Position numbers and translations under genes: made by a program
Notes under the pieces: generated by a model
What the model saw: the letters and a program-made list of their open reading frames with translations, nothing else
What the model was told of the DNA's origin: nothing
The model's database searches: none
Origin: Chiloscyllium plagiosum
Taxonomy: Eukaryota
DNA: 31,475 nt
NCBI RefSeq assembly: GCF_004010195.1
Contig: NC_057720.1
Coordinates: forward strand, 17,410,179-17,441,653
Reading direction: 5' to 3'
Shown here: piece after piece, positions 1-11,129 of the stretch
How positions within the stretch are numbered: position 1 is the first letter of the stretch
Layout: each line of letters opens with the position of its first letter

Positions 1-204
1 GAATAGGCTCAAAGAACCTTAAGAAACAGGAACAAGATTAAATCTTGTGTTCTACTGCAATGGTATTTCATATTGTGTTGAACTGCTCTTGATCATGATT
101 GACAAAACCATTATTCTATGCTTTTGCTTGTCACTCACCTAACTTCTTGAAGGCCAGTTGAGTTTTGGAATTTCTGCAATTAATTGACATCTTCTATTTC
201 CTAA

Positions 205-900
205 TGTATGAATTGCAAAAGGTTAGCATGCAGGCATAGAAAACAATAAGACAGTCTGACAGAATGCTTTCATTGCAAATGTGTTGAATACAAAATTTAA
301 GGAGGTTCTGCTTCAGTTATATGGAACATTTGAAACTTCATGTAGAGTACTGCACAGGGTATTGATTTCTTTAAGGAAGAATATAAATTTGGAAATAGTT
401 CAGAGATGTTTTACTAGACTAATCCTTGGAATAGGCAGGTTATCTTATGAGGAGAAAGTGAGAGGACTAGATGGTGGAGATCAGAGTTGTGGGGTGCTGG
501 AAAAGCACAGCAGATCAGGCAGTGTTTGAGGAGCAGGAGAATCGACGTTTTGAGCATAAGCCCTTCAGGAGGGATGAGGAAAGATCACACAAGGCAGACT
601 CGTGCATTTGGAAAGGATGTTTCCTTTTATGGCACAACATAGAACTAGAGACCACTTCTTCCAGCCCCAGAATAAAGGGTCAGCCCCATAAGACAAATAA
701 GGCAAAGTTGTTTTTTTGGAACTCTTGCTCAAAAGACAGTGAAAGCATAGTCTTTGTTTTTATGGTGACGAGAGACCAGATTCTTGATCAGGAGGTAAAT
801 TGTTATTTCTGGTAGATGGGAATATGGAATAATAAAGTTATCCATTATTTTCTTAGCAGGTGTGAGAGCTGAGTGACCTATTCTTGCTCCTAGTTTGCAT
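205..900 (+). mobile_element. Degenerate CR1 LINE 3' fragment, interrupted by a PLE piece
   Basis: EVLLQLY...LEIVQRCFTRLILGIGRLSYEEK resembles the CR1 ORF2 C-terminus; boundaries approximate. Confidence 0.75.
451..573 (-). mobile_element. Penelope-like pLTR fragment with decayed hammerhead
   Basis: Same family as 20155-20873; reverse complement reads cctga---agggcttatgctcaaaacgtc; atgagga is repeated on both sides. Confidence 0.75.
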
Positions 901-967
901 AATCACCAGGAGGTTGGCCATTATTGTTGAAACAATGTAAATAAATAAAATGATCCCAATTATAATA

Positions 968-1314
968 CAGTAGCGCCTCGACATACAAACGACCCCGTTC
1001 ACGAACAAATCGGTTTACGAACAGGATTGTACGTAAAATTTTGCTTCAACGTACGTATGAAATTCAAGGTACGAATGCAAAAAGTCGGTGTACAACCACA
1101 TAGTTTCATTGTTCTGCTTTGCTACACGCTTGTTGAATACAAAAGCTCTCTGGCCCCGCGTGATTTCATTCAGTTCGTCTTTGTCGGGTGCGCTGTGAAC
1201 ATCGTTCGTTGCTATGTCCAAGCATTCTTACGCTATCCGAACAATGGGGAAAATTGATTCAGTTCGCGAACCGGGTCCCGGATCAGATTAAGTTTGTAAG
1301 TCGAGGCGCTACTG
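968..1314. mobile_element. Tigger/pogo-like (Tc1/mariner) MITE
   Basis: 23-bp TIRs cagtagcgcctcgac(a/t)tacaaac (968-990 and 1292-1314, one mismatch), TA on both sides, no transposase. Confidence 0.9.
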
Positions 1315-1655
1315 TACTTAATCATGGGTCTTATAACTGCAACTTTGTGACCCATTCAGACAACTTCCAAATTATATTGCTGTCGATTACAGACTGTAAC
1401 ATTCAGCATTGTAAACATTTCTACAAGAAAACTCCATAAACAAATTATATTTTAATGGCTGTCTTAGTGATGGCATGTGGACCAAATAAGTAAATTCTGA
1501 TTCTGTGAAGCATATATTTAACTGTGCTCGATTTTACAAAATCTGTCGTCACAGCCAAGCATTGCAGCTTTGAGTTTCCATACATAGGCGAGAAATGTTT
1601 GTAATGCATCTTTTATTGACTGGATCTATTTAAATAAATGCATTTTATAATGCAG

Positions 1656-1939
1656 AACATCAAAGAAGATTAAGCAGCATATGCCAGTGTGTGAATCAGA
1701 AGATGATGCTAAGCCAATGTCTTATGATGAAAAGAGACGATTAAGTCTTGATATAAACAAGCTTCCTGGTGACAAATTGGGGCGCATCGTTCATATAATA
1801 CAGGCACGAGAGCCGTCCTTAAGGGACTCTAATCCAGATGAGATAGAAATTGACTTTGAAACTTTAAAGTCCTCTACACTGAGAGACCTGGAAAGACATG
1901 TTAATACTTGTCTAAGAAAAAAGCAAAGAAAAACTTTCC
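1656..1939 (+). CDS. BRDT: BET protein (BRDT) exon encoding the extra-terminal (ET) domain
   Basis: tgcag| acceptor and c|gtaagt donor. Translates [94 protein letters not shown], the canonical ET domain; AKPM..LPGDKLG matches BRDT. Confidence 0.95.
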
Positions 1940-2022
1940 GTAAGTATGGAATTCGACAGTATAGATATTCTCATTTAGAATGATGCTGAGTCTAATGCAT
2001 TTTTGGATACTGCATTATGTAG

Positions 2023-2139
2023 CTAAAAAGTCTTCAGGAAAATCTAAAGAAGAAATTCAATTGGAGAAAAAGCAAGAGCTGGAAAAAAGATTACAGGATG
2101 TGAGTGGGCACCTGAACGCTGGAAAAAAACACAAAAACT
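2023..2139 (+). CDS. BRDT: BRDT exon, post-ET coiled coil
   Basis: atgtag| and t|gtatgt, phase 1-1. PKKSSGKSKEEIQLEKKQELEKRLQDVSGHLNAGKKHKN carries the BET-conserved KKQELEKRL.DV motif. Confidence 0.93.
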
Positions 2140-2223
2140 GTATGTACTTGGTATGCTTAAACTGTAATACCATGCCCTTTCTTTTTGTCTTCAAATTAAA
2201 TGTTTTGACTTTTTTTTTTACAG

Positions 2224-2358
2224 CTCAGAAGAATAATCCAGCTATAGATATGGGCCAATGTTCAAGATTAAGTGAAAGCAGCAGCAGTTCCTCAGACTCT
2301 GAAAGTGACAGCAGCAGTAGTGAATCTAGTTCTTCAGATAGCAATGACACTGAATCAG
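2224..2358 (+). CDS. BRDT: BRDT exon, SEED (Ser/Asp/Glu-rich) region
   Basis: Poly-T tract plus cag|, donor g|gttagg. SQKNNPAIDMGQCSRLSESSSSSSDSESDSSSSESSSSDSNDTES; SRLSESSSSS is the BRDT form of this motif. Confidence 0.92.
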
Positions 2359-5299
2359 GTTAGGTATCAACCTCTGTACGTACATGTATACAGCCAGGTA
2401 CAATTGATCTGTACTATCCTCCCAACTTCACTCAGATCTATTATTTTCCAGCAGAATAGAAAATGGAGCTAGTTATTAATGTTAGATCTTGCACAATGTT
2501 GTATTGGAAGCTGAAGTATCCTTTTGACATTTTGAATTGTCCATTTATGCTGAACGGTAACCATTCAATTATATAATCTATATTGCTTGAAATACAGTAT
2601 ATTCCAGTACAAAATGCAAAATCAATGGCGGGGAAAGACCAACTGATTCATCAGGCATTCGCAGAATTTTTTTAAGAAGCCTGAAAATGTTGAACTCAAT
2701 TAAGGTAGAAAGATTTTCTAAATAATATAAACAGTAAAGTTAGAAGACAAATTGACGTCTTATAAAAGCTGCAAACTCTTAATGCACAAGAAATTAGTCA
2801 TCAAATAGAAAAACTGGTTATCAAATTTCAATTGATCATGTGATGAAGGCTTATTTGTGGAATATAAACTTGGTGTTTCATTTTGTAGGTGCTGCTGGCT
2901 GACCTGCTTGTATACGTAGCATATGCTGCTTTTTCCAGCTATTTTCAAATTGATTGATGTTGAGTAGAACTTTGCTTGAATATCTTGTGTATGGTTTTGA
3001 TTTTGTCATTCCTAATAAGTTAACCATGAATGCTTCCACGTTAAATGCAATGCTTCAACTGTTGTGATTTCAAAACTCCATGTGGATTGAGAGGTGTGTA
3101 TATCATGTTTTCTGGATTTGTCAGTTGGAAGATATTTTCTGTTTTGGCTACACTAATACAGGTTCTTACAGCTTTTGCTGATTAGAGTAGGGTCAATGCT
3201 GAGAATGAAATATATAGTTACTAGAGTCTTAAAGATGCTCACTCTGAAAGAATTTAAATTGGCTTCTGTAAGATTTAATTTGACAAAAGATGTATTTTCA
3301 ATGGAATTACACTGTTTTCAAGGTTGGGAGGAGATTGTAGGGTAGAGGAAAAGTATTTGCATCTTCTAGGTATAAATATCTGGTCAGTTTTTGGTGTTTA
3401 TGTTTTTGCTAGATAGTGAGCTGAGCAGCGAGTTCTTCTAGTCCTGTTGAGTGTGTTCTGACATAATATAGTTTCAGTTTTGTTACAGAATCTGATGTCC
3501 CTTGTCAGTCAGTATCTATCCTTAGTGTTACAAATATGGATTATTTCTCCCTGTTTTAATCAGTCTGCCACTCCATCTTTATAACCTTTTTTTTCAACAG
3601 TTGGTGGAAGTCAGCTGACTCCCAAGTCATTTTGTTCGCATCTAATAACTAGATTTGTAATTCTATTTAATTTTACAATTGGACCAAAGTTAAGATTAGA
3701 AATCTCAGTATTTCCAAATGAAAAGCTTTGTAGTGTTTGGAATGTGTTTATTTTGTCTAAATTTTTCTAACTTTTTTTGGTATTCTTTGTTAGAGGTTTA
3801 AGAGTTACCAAATGATGAAAGGGGGCTCAAATATTTTATTGTTGCTAAATTGGAAAATTTGCAGATTTCAGTCCAACCTAACTGAGCAACTTATTGTGAA
3901 CAAAAATTTGTTACTGGATTTGAAGTTGAGCCTTTTCCATTTTTGTGTGACATGTACTTAATGAAAGTGGTATTTAGTATGCAGAATAATATAATTGGCC
4001 AGAAATGATGAAATGGTATGTTTTCCCTATATTTGACTTGGAATAAAAAGATCCATCAAGCAGGTTTCTTTAATAAATGCAACATTATTGATCTATTTAA
4101 GTCAAATTTATTCAACAAAGACAAAACTGGCCAACACTATTTGTAATGTAAATTTTACACCTCTTAATAAACTGCAACACATGCATGCAAAGAGTAAAGG
4201 GAAGCAACTCAATTTCTGTCTAGAGATTCACTTTGGTGGAGGGAGAGCACCTTTGACAAATGATGCTCGTTTCTTGAAGAAATAGGCGAATAGTTGACTG
4301 TTCATTTGGTTATCCATCTGGTGTAGACGTGCAAGTCACGAGATGAGTGCAGTTTTGACTGAGGTCTTTGTCGATGCAGCTTTCTCAGGAAACAGCATTG
4401 CAAAGCAGCTCTTAAGGAGAACAATCAAATTTAAAACGGGGAAACAAAGATGTTTCAGAAGGCAGAGAGATAAGCTGGGCAGATCTTCCTCAACTGATAT
4501 CCAAAACAATATCGCAACAAGGCATCCATAAATCACAGGAAAGAGATTTGTGTAGTAAGTCTGAGCAATTACCTGAAGTCACATGATATTTGTAGGTCTT
4601 TCAACTAAAGTTCAATTGTGACCTTTCATTGGGAATGTTTTTAAAAGGAAAAAAAGGTATCCACAAAACTTGAAATTAATCTATTTTGTCATAATCCTTC
4701 AAAGCTCAGGCCACAAAAAAGATTAAATACTGAGCTGTTATAATGAATGTTAAACTAAGTAACTATACATTTTAATTGGATAGTAAATAAACAGTTGTTT
4801 GCTCAACAATGTACAACTGTTTTGAAATCAAACTGCTATTTGATTTCAAAATCTAAATTATCTTCCATCGCAGTAGATAAAATTGTCTGCCACTCCCTAT
4901 GTTCTTTGCTCTTCCTTCTCTCATATCTTGTAGTTTCTGATATTTTATAGAAACTTAAACCAAAACCATCAGACAAATAATTAGAATATTTTTCCTCCTT
5001 GTCTTTAACTTTGTTTCTCCCATGTTTTTTCAGATGCACCATATCAAGAAAATTTATTACCAATTTTGTTGCAAATTTGTGATTGCCTGTTTTCCCAAAT
5101 TATTTGAATAAAATACTACAAGCTTCATGATTAATATGAATTAATAAAGCTAACTGGCACTGGTGATTCCCTGAAAGTTAAACAGTAAACAATGCAAACA
5201 AATTTCAAGATTAAGAACATTTGTGGTATTTGGCTTTTGTATTAATTTCACTTTTCTGTACAAATTACTGCATGCTTAAATCCCTCAAATTGAATCTCC

Positions 5300-6270
5300 A
5301 TCACATTACAGAAATGGATTTCATCAAAATCATAAATGATCTTCTCCATGATTGTGCAAAAGATAAGCTTTCCCTCTCATGCTTCTCAGCCTTTTGCAAA
5401 CTTTGACAAAGATATTGTCAACTTCCTCTTACAATAACACCCCACTGTCAGCTGGGTGAGACTGCACTCACCCAGTCCCATTCTTCTCCATCTAATTACA
5501 GCAAGTGTATCATTTGCAGTGGTATCTCCTCTTCTCTGCCTTTTGGTATTCCCTTAAGAATTTTTCAGTAACCGTGTTCTGTTTCTCAACGACAACATTG
5601 TCTGAAAGCATAACACTAGTCTTTACATTGTATGCTGATGTCCATCTCTATCTTGCTACCATCTTTTGCCAATCCATTCCACAGGATGGAAGCCCAATAA
5701 GTCCACAATGACCCTCTGAAGTGTAACCCACTCAGGCCCATTTCCCTACCCTATATTTTTCACTGACTAATTTGCATCTAACACTATGGGGCAATTTGGC
5801 ATGGCCAATTCACCTGACCTGCACATTTTTGGATTGTAGGAGGAAGTGGGAGCACCAGGAGGAAACCCATGCAGACACTGGAGAATGTGCAAACTCCACA
5901 CACAGTCGCCCAAGACTGGAATTGAACCCAGGTCCCTTGGTGCTGTGAAGCAGCAGTGCTAACCACTGAGCTACCTTGCTGCCCATTGCGTTGCTGCCAT
6001 CACATTGCTTATTTAATATCTGGCAATGGCTAAACAGACATTTTCTCCAATTAAATATTAGGAAAACTGAAGCTATTTTTCTCTGCACCAAACTCTATTT
6101 CCTAAGTACTAATGCCATCCCTTTGCATGGTAGCAGCACAAGATTAAGCTAGTCTATTTGGTGTCATTTGATTCTGATCTGACCTTCCAACCATGGATTA
6201 GCACTATCCTTAAGACCATGTATTTTCATCCTCATGCTATTATCCGACTTTGCTTCTATCTCAGTTAATA
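5300..6270 (+). mobile_element. Old L2 LINE reverse-transcriptase relic, split by a SINE
   Basis: TEMDFIKIINDLLHDC, FTLYADVHLY (YADD-like) and FLQLNIRKTEAI remnants. Confidence 0.7.
5688..5984 (-). mobile_element. HE1-type tRNA-derived V-SINE
   Basis: Reverse complement has tRNA A/B boxes (tggttagcactgctg...ggttcaattcc) and the V-domain gtttgcacattctcc...gtttcctcc. Confidence 0.88.
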
Positions 6271-6274
6271 GTTT

Positions 6275-8035
6275 TTATATTCATTCGTGGAATGGGGTGT
6301 CATTGGTTGGGCGAACGTTCATTGCCCATTTCTAGTTGCTTGAGAGAAGGTGGTGGACAGCTACACCACTGCAGTTTATTTGGTGTAGGTTCCATGATTT
6401 TAGAAAGTGACATTTCTAAGCTAGGATGGTGGATGGCTTGGAAGGGACCTTGCAGGTGGTGGTGTACCATGTATCTACTGCTGACCTTTTAGCTGATGAT
6501 GGGAATTCAGAAGATGCTATCTAACGAGCCTTGGTGAATTTCTGTGGTGCATGAGAACTGCTTTGTTCTGAATGGTGGTAACCCTCTTGAATGTTGCAGC
6601 TGCAGGGTGAGCCTTTCATCAGACACCTTAGTTGTGCCATGGCCGTAGGCTTTTGGGAGACAGGATGGGATTTTCTTGCTGTGGATTCCTAGTTTCTGGC
6701 CTGCGTCTGTAGCCACTGTATTTATATAACAGGCCCAGTTCAACTTCTGGTCAATGTTAACTTCCAGGATGTTGCTAGCAGAAGATTCAGTAATGGTAAT
6801 ACCACTAAATGTCAGGTTGTAAGTTTGCTTGCCGAGCTGGTAGCAGTTCTCAGCAGTTTCATCACCATGCTAGGTAACGTTATCAGTGAACCTCTGGTGA
6901 AGCGCTGGCGTTCAGTCCCGCTTTCTATTTGTGTGTCTTAGTGATATCATTTCCAGTTCTTTTTCTTAGAGGCTGATAAATGGGGTCTAAATTGATGTAT
7001 TTGATGATGGAGTTCTGGTTTAAATTCCAGTCCTCGAGTTCCCATCCATGTGGCTGTTTCACCTGTCCTCCTTCATTTGTGTGTAAGGATACTAGTGATA
7101 GCTGGTCATGTCTTTTGGTGGCTAGTTGTTTGTGTATCCTGGTGGTTAGTTTCCTGCCTGTCTGTCCAATATAGTGTTTATTTGAATACGCTGTATAGAA
7201 CAATGGGTCCAATTCTTAAACAACAAACCCAAATACAAAGACAGCATACCCTGAGATTCTAGCCACACTACCATACATCGAAGATCAATATATCAGAGAT
7301 GGTTACCATACTACTCTGATCCATTGGCATCATGGTAGCCTACAAACACACAAACAGCAACTGCTGAACCTAAAGGACCCTGTATCAACAACCAGCAAAA
7401 CAAATGTCATTTACAGAATACATCGCAAGGACTGCAACAAACACTGCATTGGACAGACAGGCAGGAAACTGGCCACCAGGATACACTAACACCAACTAGC
7501 TACCAAAAGACATGACCAGCTATCACTAGTATCCTTACACATAGATGAAGAAGGACACCATCCTATGACAGGCTAAAAAGAGAATTGGATGGGAATTCCT
7601 AGAGGACTGGAATTCAAACTGGAACTCCATCAATAAACATGCCAATTTGGATCTCGTTTATCAACTTCTAAGAAAAAGAACTGGAAATGATATTACCCAC
7701 CATAACCGACCAAGACACACAAATAGAAAGCAGGACTGAACACCAGCACTTCACCAGAGGCTCACTGATAATGTTACCTAGCATGGTGTTGAAACTTCTG
7801 AGAACAAATCCAGCTGCTCAGCGAGCAAACTTACAACCTGAACTTTTGATCTGAGCCACAAATCATCATCTCAAAAATCATAAGCCATTAAACATCCAGG
7901 AATATTGGTTAGATATTTTTATTGGAGCTGCTCATTGTTTGACAGTTATGCACCTCAACTGTTGCTTGCCACTTGTCAGCCTAAACTTGGGCATGTTCTG
8001 GTCTTGCTGCATTTGAATTTGGTCTGCTTCAGTAT
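6275..8035 (-). mobile_element. CR1-superfamily (L2/Crack-like) LINE 3' part, interrupted by the PLE at 6813-7880
   Basis: Remnant ORF NWACYINTVATDAGQKLGI; tail shared with copies at about 18015-18200, 21995-22090 and 24628-24862. Clade assignment uncertain. Confidence 0.65.
6813..7880 (+). mobile_element. Penelope-like element (Poseidon-type) 3' portion with GIY-YIG remnant and about 375-bp inverted 5' arm
   Basis: Plus strand NVIYRIHRKDCNKHCIGQTGRKLATRIH; minus arm NKHYIGQTGRKLTTRIH. 6813-7186 is the reverse complement of about 7437-7840; HHR-like motif in both arms. Confidence 0.88.
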
Positions 8036-8103
8036 TACTTTTACTTTAACTAGCTTCTCCCTCTGGGTAGGCCCAAGCTCTGAGTACCTTACCTACATCT
8101 CTG

Positions 8104-8262
8104 GTGGCGTCCAAGGAGCAGGAAAATCAACATTTCAGGCATAAGTTTCCAAAATTGACCAAAACGTCGATTCTGCTGCACCTTGGATGCTGCCTGACTT
8201 GTGCCTTTCCAGCACCATGCTCTTGACTCTGATCTCCAGCATCAGCAGACCTCACTTTTCCC
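8104..8262 (+). mobile_element. Short PLE pLTR with 5' inversion and 17-bp TSD
   Basis: ccttacctacatctctg at 8087-8103 and 8261-8277; 8113-8140 is inverted relative to 8159-8184. Confidence 0.82.
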
Positions 8263-9720
8263 TTACCTACATCTCTGCCTATCTCTCGTTTCTCACTTTT
8301 CTCACTTCAAGACAATCCTTAAAGTTTGTTTCCTTGGCAAGCATTTTGATCATCTGACCTTTTTTTACCCTTGTGTTTCAGTATCATGTTTTGTATTGCT
8401 CCTGCAAAGCATATTGATATAGTAAATAAAACAAACATTGTTGTATGGATGCTTATGGTCTTGAAGCAAGCTTTGCATCAAAGTTAGCTTCAAGGCCATA
8501 AGCATAACCGTTTTTAGGGCTTCACTTTTCTTTTGTGTATATACTTTATTGTTCAATTTTTCCACCACAAGGAAAACGCCCGTGTGGCTAATGAAACATT
8601 TACAAGCAAAGCCTGTTAAGGGCAATGATGTCATTAGAAAGTGAAGGGGAAGTTAGGGAGAGGAAAGAACTAAATCAAAATGAAGTTGGAGAGGGAAGTA
8701 AAGCACTGCATCACCTCCATGTTGCCCATCACTCCCTAAAGGCATCATGAGGTTTGGTAAACATGACATGCTCCCTCTCCAATGACACCTGGGGAGCAAA
8801 TGTAACCATGGAAGTGGGGTAGTCAGTTGGCAGAGATGATACTCCTCATGGCCTGCTGCCTGGACCCATTTTTTTTTTATTAATCTCGTCTGGCCAGCCC
8901 CAGGAGCAGACCCACAAGAAGGTCCTCTGATCTGCCTTCACCTTTCCACATTGGGTTCCCAAAGATCAGGAGCACAGAGCTGAGCTGCAACCAAAAGTGC
9001 AACAGATGGATTTTTCAAATATTTAAAAAGGAAATGCAAATGCCCATAACCAATACATGAGGTCCACAGATTCCACAGTGGTGTTGGTCTGGGAGTCTGT
9101 GAACTGCCGTAATCTGCAGTTGTAAGGGACCACTGCTTGCAATACCTTCTGAAATAACTTGAGGCTTAGTTAATACAATTACTCTCCGATTGTTTAACAT
9201 ATTGATGCAGTTTTATTTGCAGCAGTAGCTTTTTTGGCAAAGTATCGAATTCAGAAAGAATTTGGTTAGGTGACTAAAGTATTTTGGATACTGAATGCTG
9301 AATGGGCCAGTATTTTAATGTGAAGTGCATTGTATATTAATTTTAGGCCTACATCACTTGGTTTTCACTAACTAAGTTGAATAACCTTGTATCAGTATTT
9401 GATAAAATTGAATCTAAATCTTTCAGAGGGCTAAACTGTAGAGAAACCTGACCACAAGGACATTGTTGTATATTTACAAGTTGACTTGGAGAAGCAGATT
9501 AAAAAAGTTAGTACATTGGGAAGATTTTGTTTAAGTAGTTCCCCGATCCCAAAACAGATCTCTTGAGGCATTTTTCACTGAAGCATAGATTTGTTGGTAA
9601 GAGTAATCTTACTGGTTGAGGAATGTTTTATCCCCTTTTTGAATTATTTAGTTCACTCTTTAGTTCAAAGCATTCTGGACATATACACAATCTTATACTC
9701 CTAGTCATTTGTTATTATGT

Positions 9721-10455
9721 CCAGGATAGCAGCAGAGTAAGGCTCCACTGCCGAATCTCCTCCGTTCCGACCCCTTTTCTTGTCTTTTTTCCCCACTTTT
9801 TTGTTTTCTTTTACTTATCTTTGTCCTGAGCTTGGATGGCATTTGAGGTAGTAAGACCTCAGCGTGCGGACCTCGAGTAGACCTCTAGTAGACCCAGCGT
9901 GAACTTTGGGTGAGCCCAAGACCAGACCTTGACCAGGTTTACCAGGGAGGAGAATGAATCCCTACCTACTTTTCCAGAGCAAGTATTGGACCTGCGATGT
10001 AGCCGTGTCTACATTGGTGAAATACGCCCAGTAGCAAAAGATGGTACCTGAGGATCAGAGACTTCATTGTTGATTGGGTCTGGTACTGGCGATGGCAGAA
10101 GGACATCACAGCAACATCAATAAGGTGGGTTCAGCGGTGAGATATATGACTGACGTTGGTGACTCCGGCGCAAGTGACAACAAGGCAGTGGTGGAGGAGT
10201 ATTGGCCTAGAAGCAAAGGTGACACCTGAGGATCAGTAACTTCGATATTGACTGGGTCCAATGTAGATAGCACAAAGCAGTTGCAGGTGTCCTTGGTGAT
10301 GAGCTGGTTCAGGACTGGGCAACTCTCTCCAAGCTGTGTCTTTTTTTCCATATTCTTAAATTATTCAAAATGGTGCCAATTTGTGGCAACAAATGAAAGC
10401 TTTTCATTGTATTTTGTAATTTTTCAGTAAAAATACATTTGGCAATAAAAATCAA
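9721..10455 (+). mobile_element. Non-autonomous retroposon-like element with a Rex1/Babar-like 3' tail
   Basis: GC-richer body with internal duplication; ends aaagcttttcattgta...tacatttggcaataaa. Family inferred from recalled tail consensus. Confidence 0.5.
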
Positions 10456-11129
10456 GATCCATTCAATGTAGTGGTTAATTTGTTCACTTCTACATTTGTT
10501 TTTCTTTTTAGCTGCTTTTGGGAAAAGAATTGATGCCCAATAGGCATGTCCTTTTATCTGATGGGCACAAGGATAATTAATTTGGACAATGACTTAACAT
10601 CAAAATCTTAGCCATGTTATATTCATTGCTATTAACTTCCAGAGTGATGGTGGCAAGTGTTTTTTATAATACTGTTTTAATCTGTTAACTTGTATCGTGT
10701 ATGTTGAATAGGTCATAGTTTATTTTTCAAACAGAAAGTAGTACAGCAGCCAACGAGAAACCTGTTGCTGTCGAGGAATATTATCTACTGAAGATATTGG
10801 AACAGTACAATTACCTCCTCTCTTCCCCTCAATGTTGCAATCCAGTTCGATTATCTTTCTTATTACAGCAAACGGTTTGTTTTAACCAGCAGCTTATCAA
10901 TCAGCATTCTTGATAAACTGCCAAATTTGCCTCAAATACTATAATATCCAAATATTTATGCTGTAAATAAAGTATAAATGATATGTATGCTCCTTGCATT
11001 ACATTTTTATTACTTGTTTACTTTGATTTTGGGTGTGTTGATCTTTGTACAGAGGTTTTTTTGAGGGATGTTGATGTCTAGAAGCTCTCTTGGTCAGGTT
11101 TTATTGTAGTAATATGTACCTCTTGAACA

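Noticed and set aside
8365..8634. 89-aa minus-strand ORF
   Set aside because: It spans repeat fragments and has no convincing splice signals or homology.
9057..9148. Possible extra minus-strand exon (ttatttcag|...cat|gtattg)
   Set aside because: All three frames are open, the donor is weak and there is no recognisable homology, so no frame can be chosen.
10815..10917. Minus-strand coding exon ending gag|gtaatt
   Set aside because: All three frames from the nearest acceptor contain stops.
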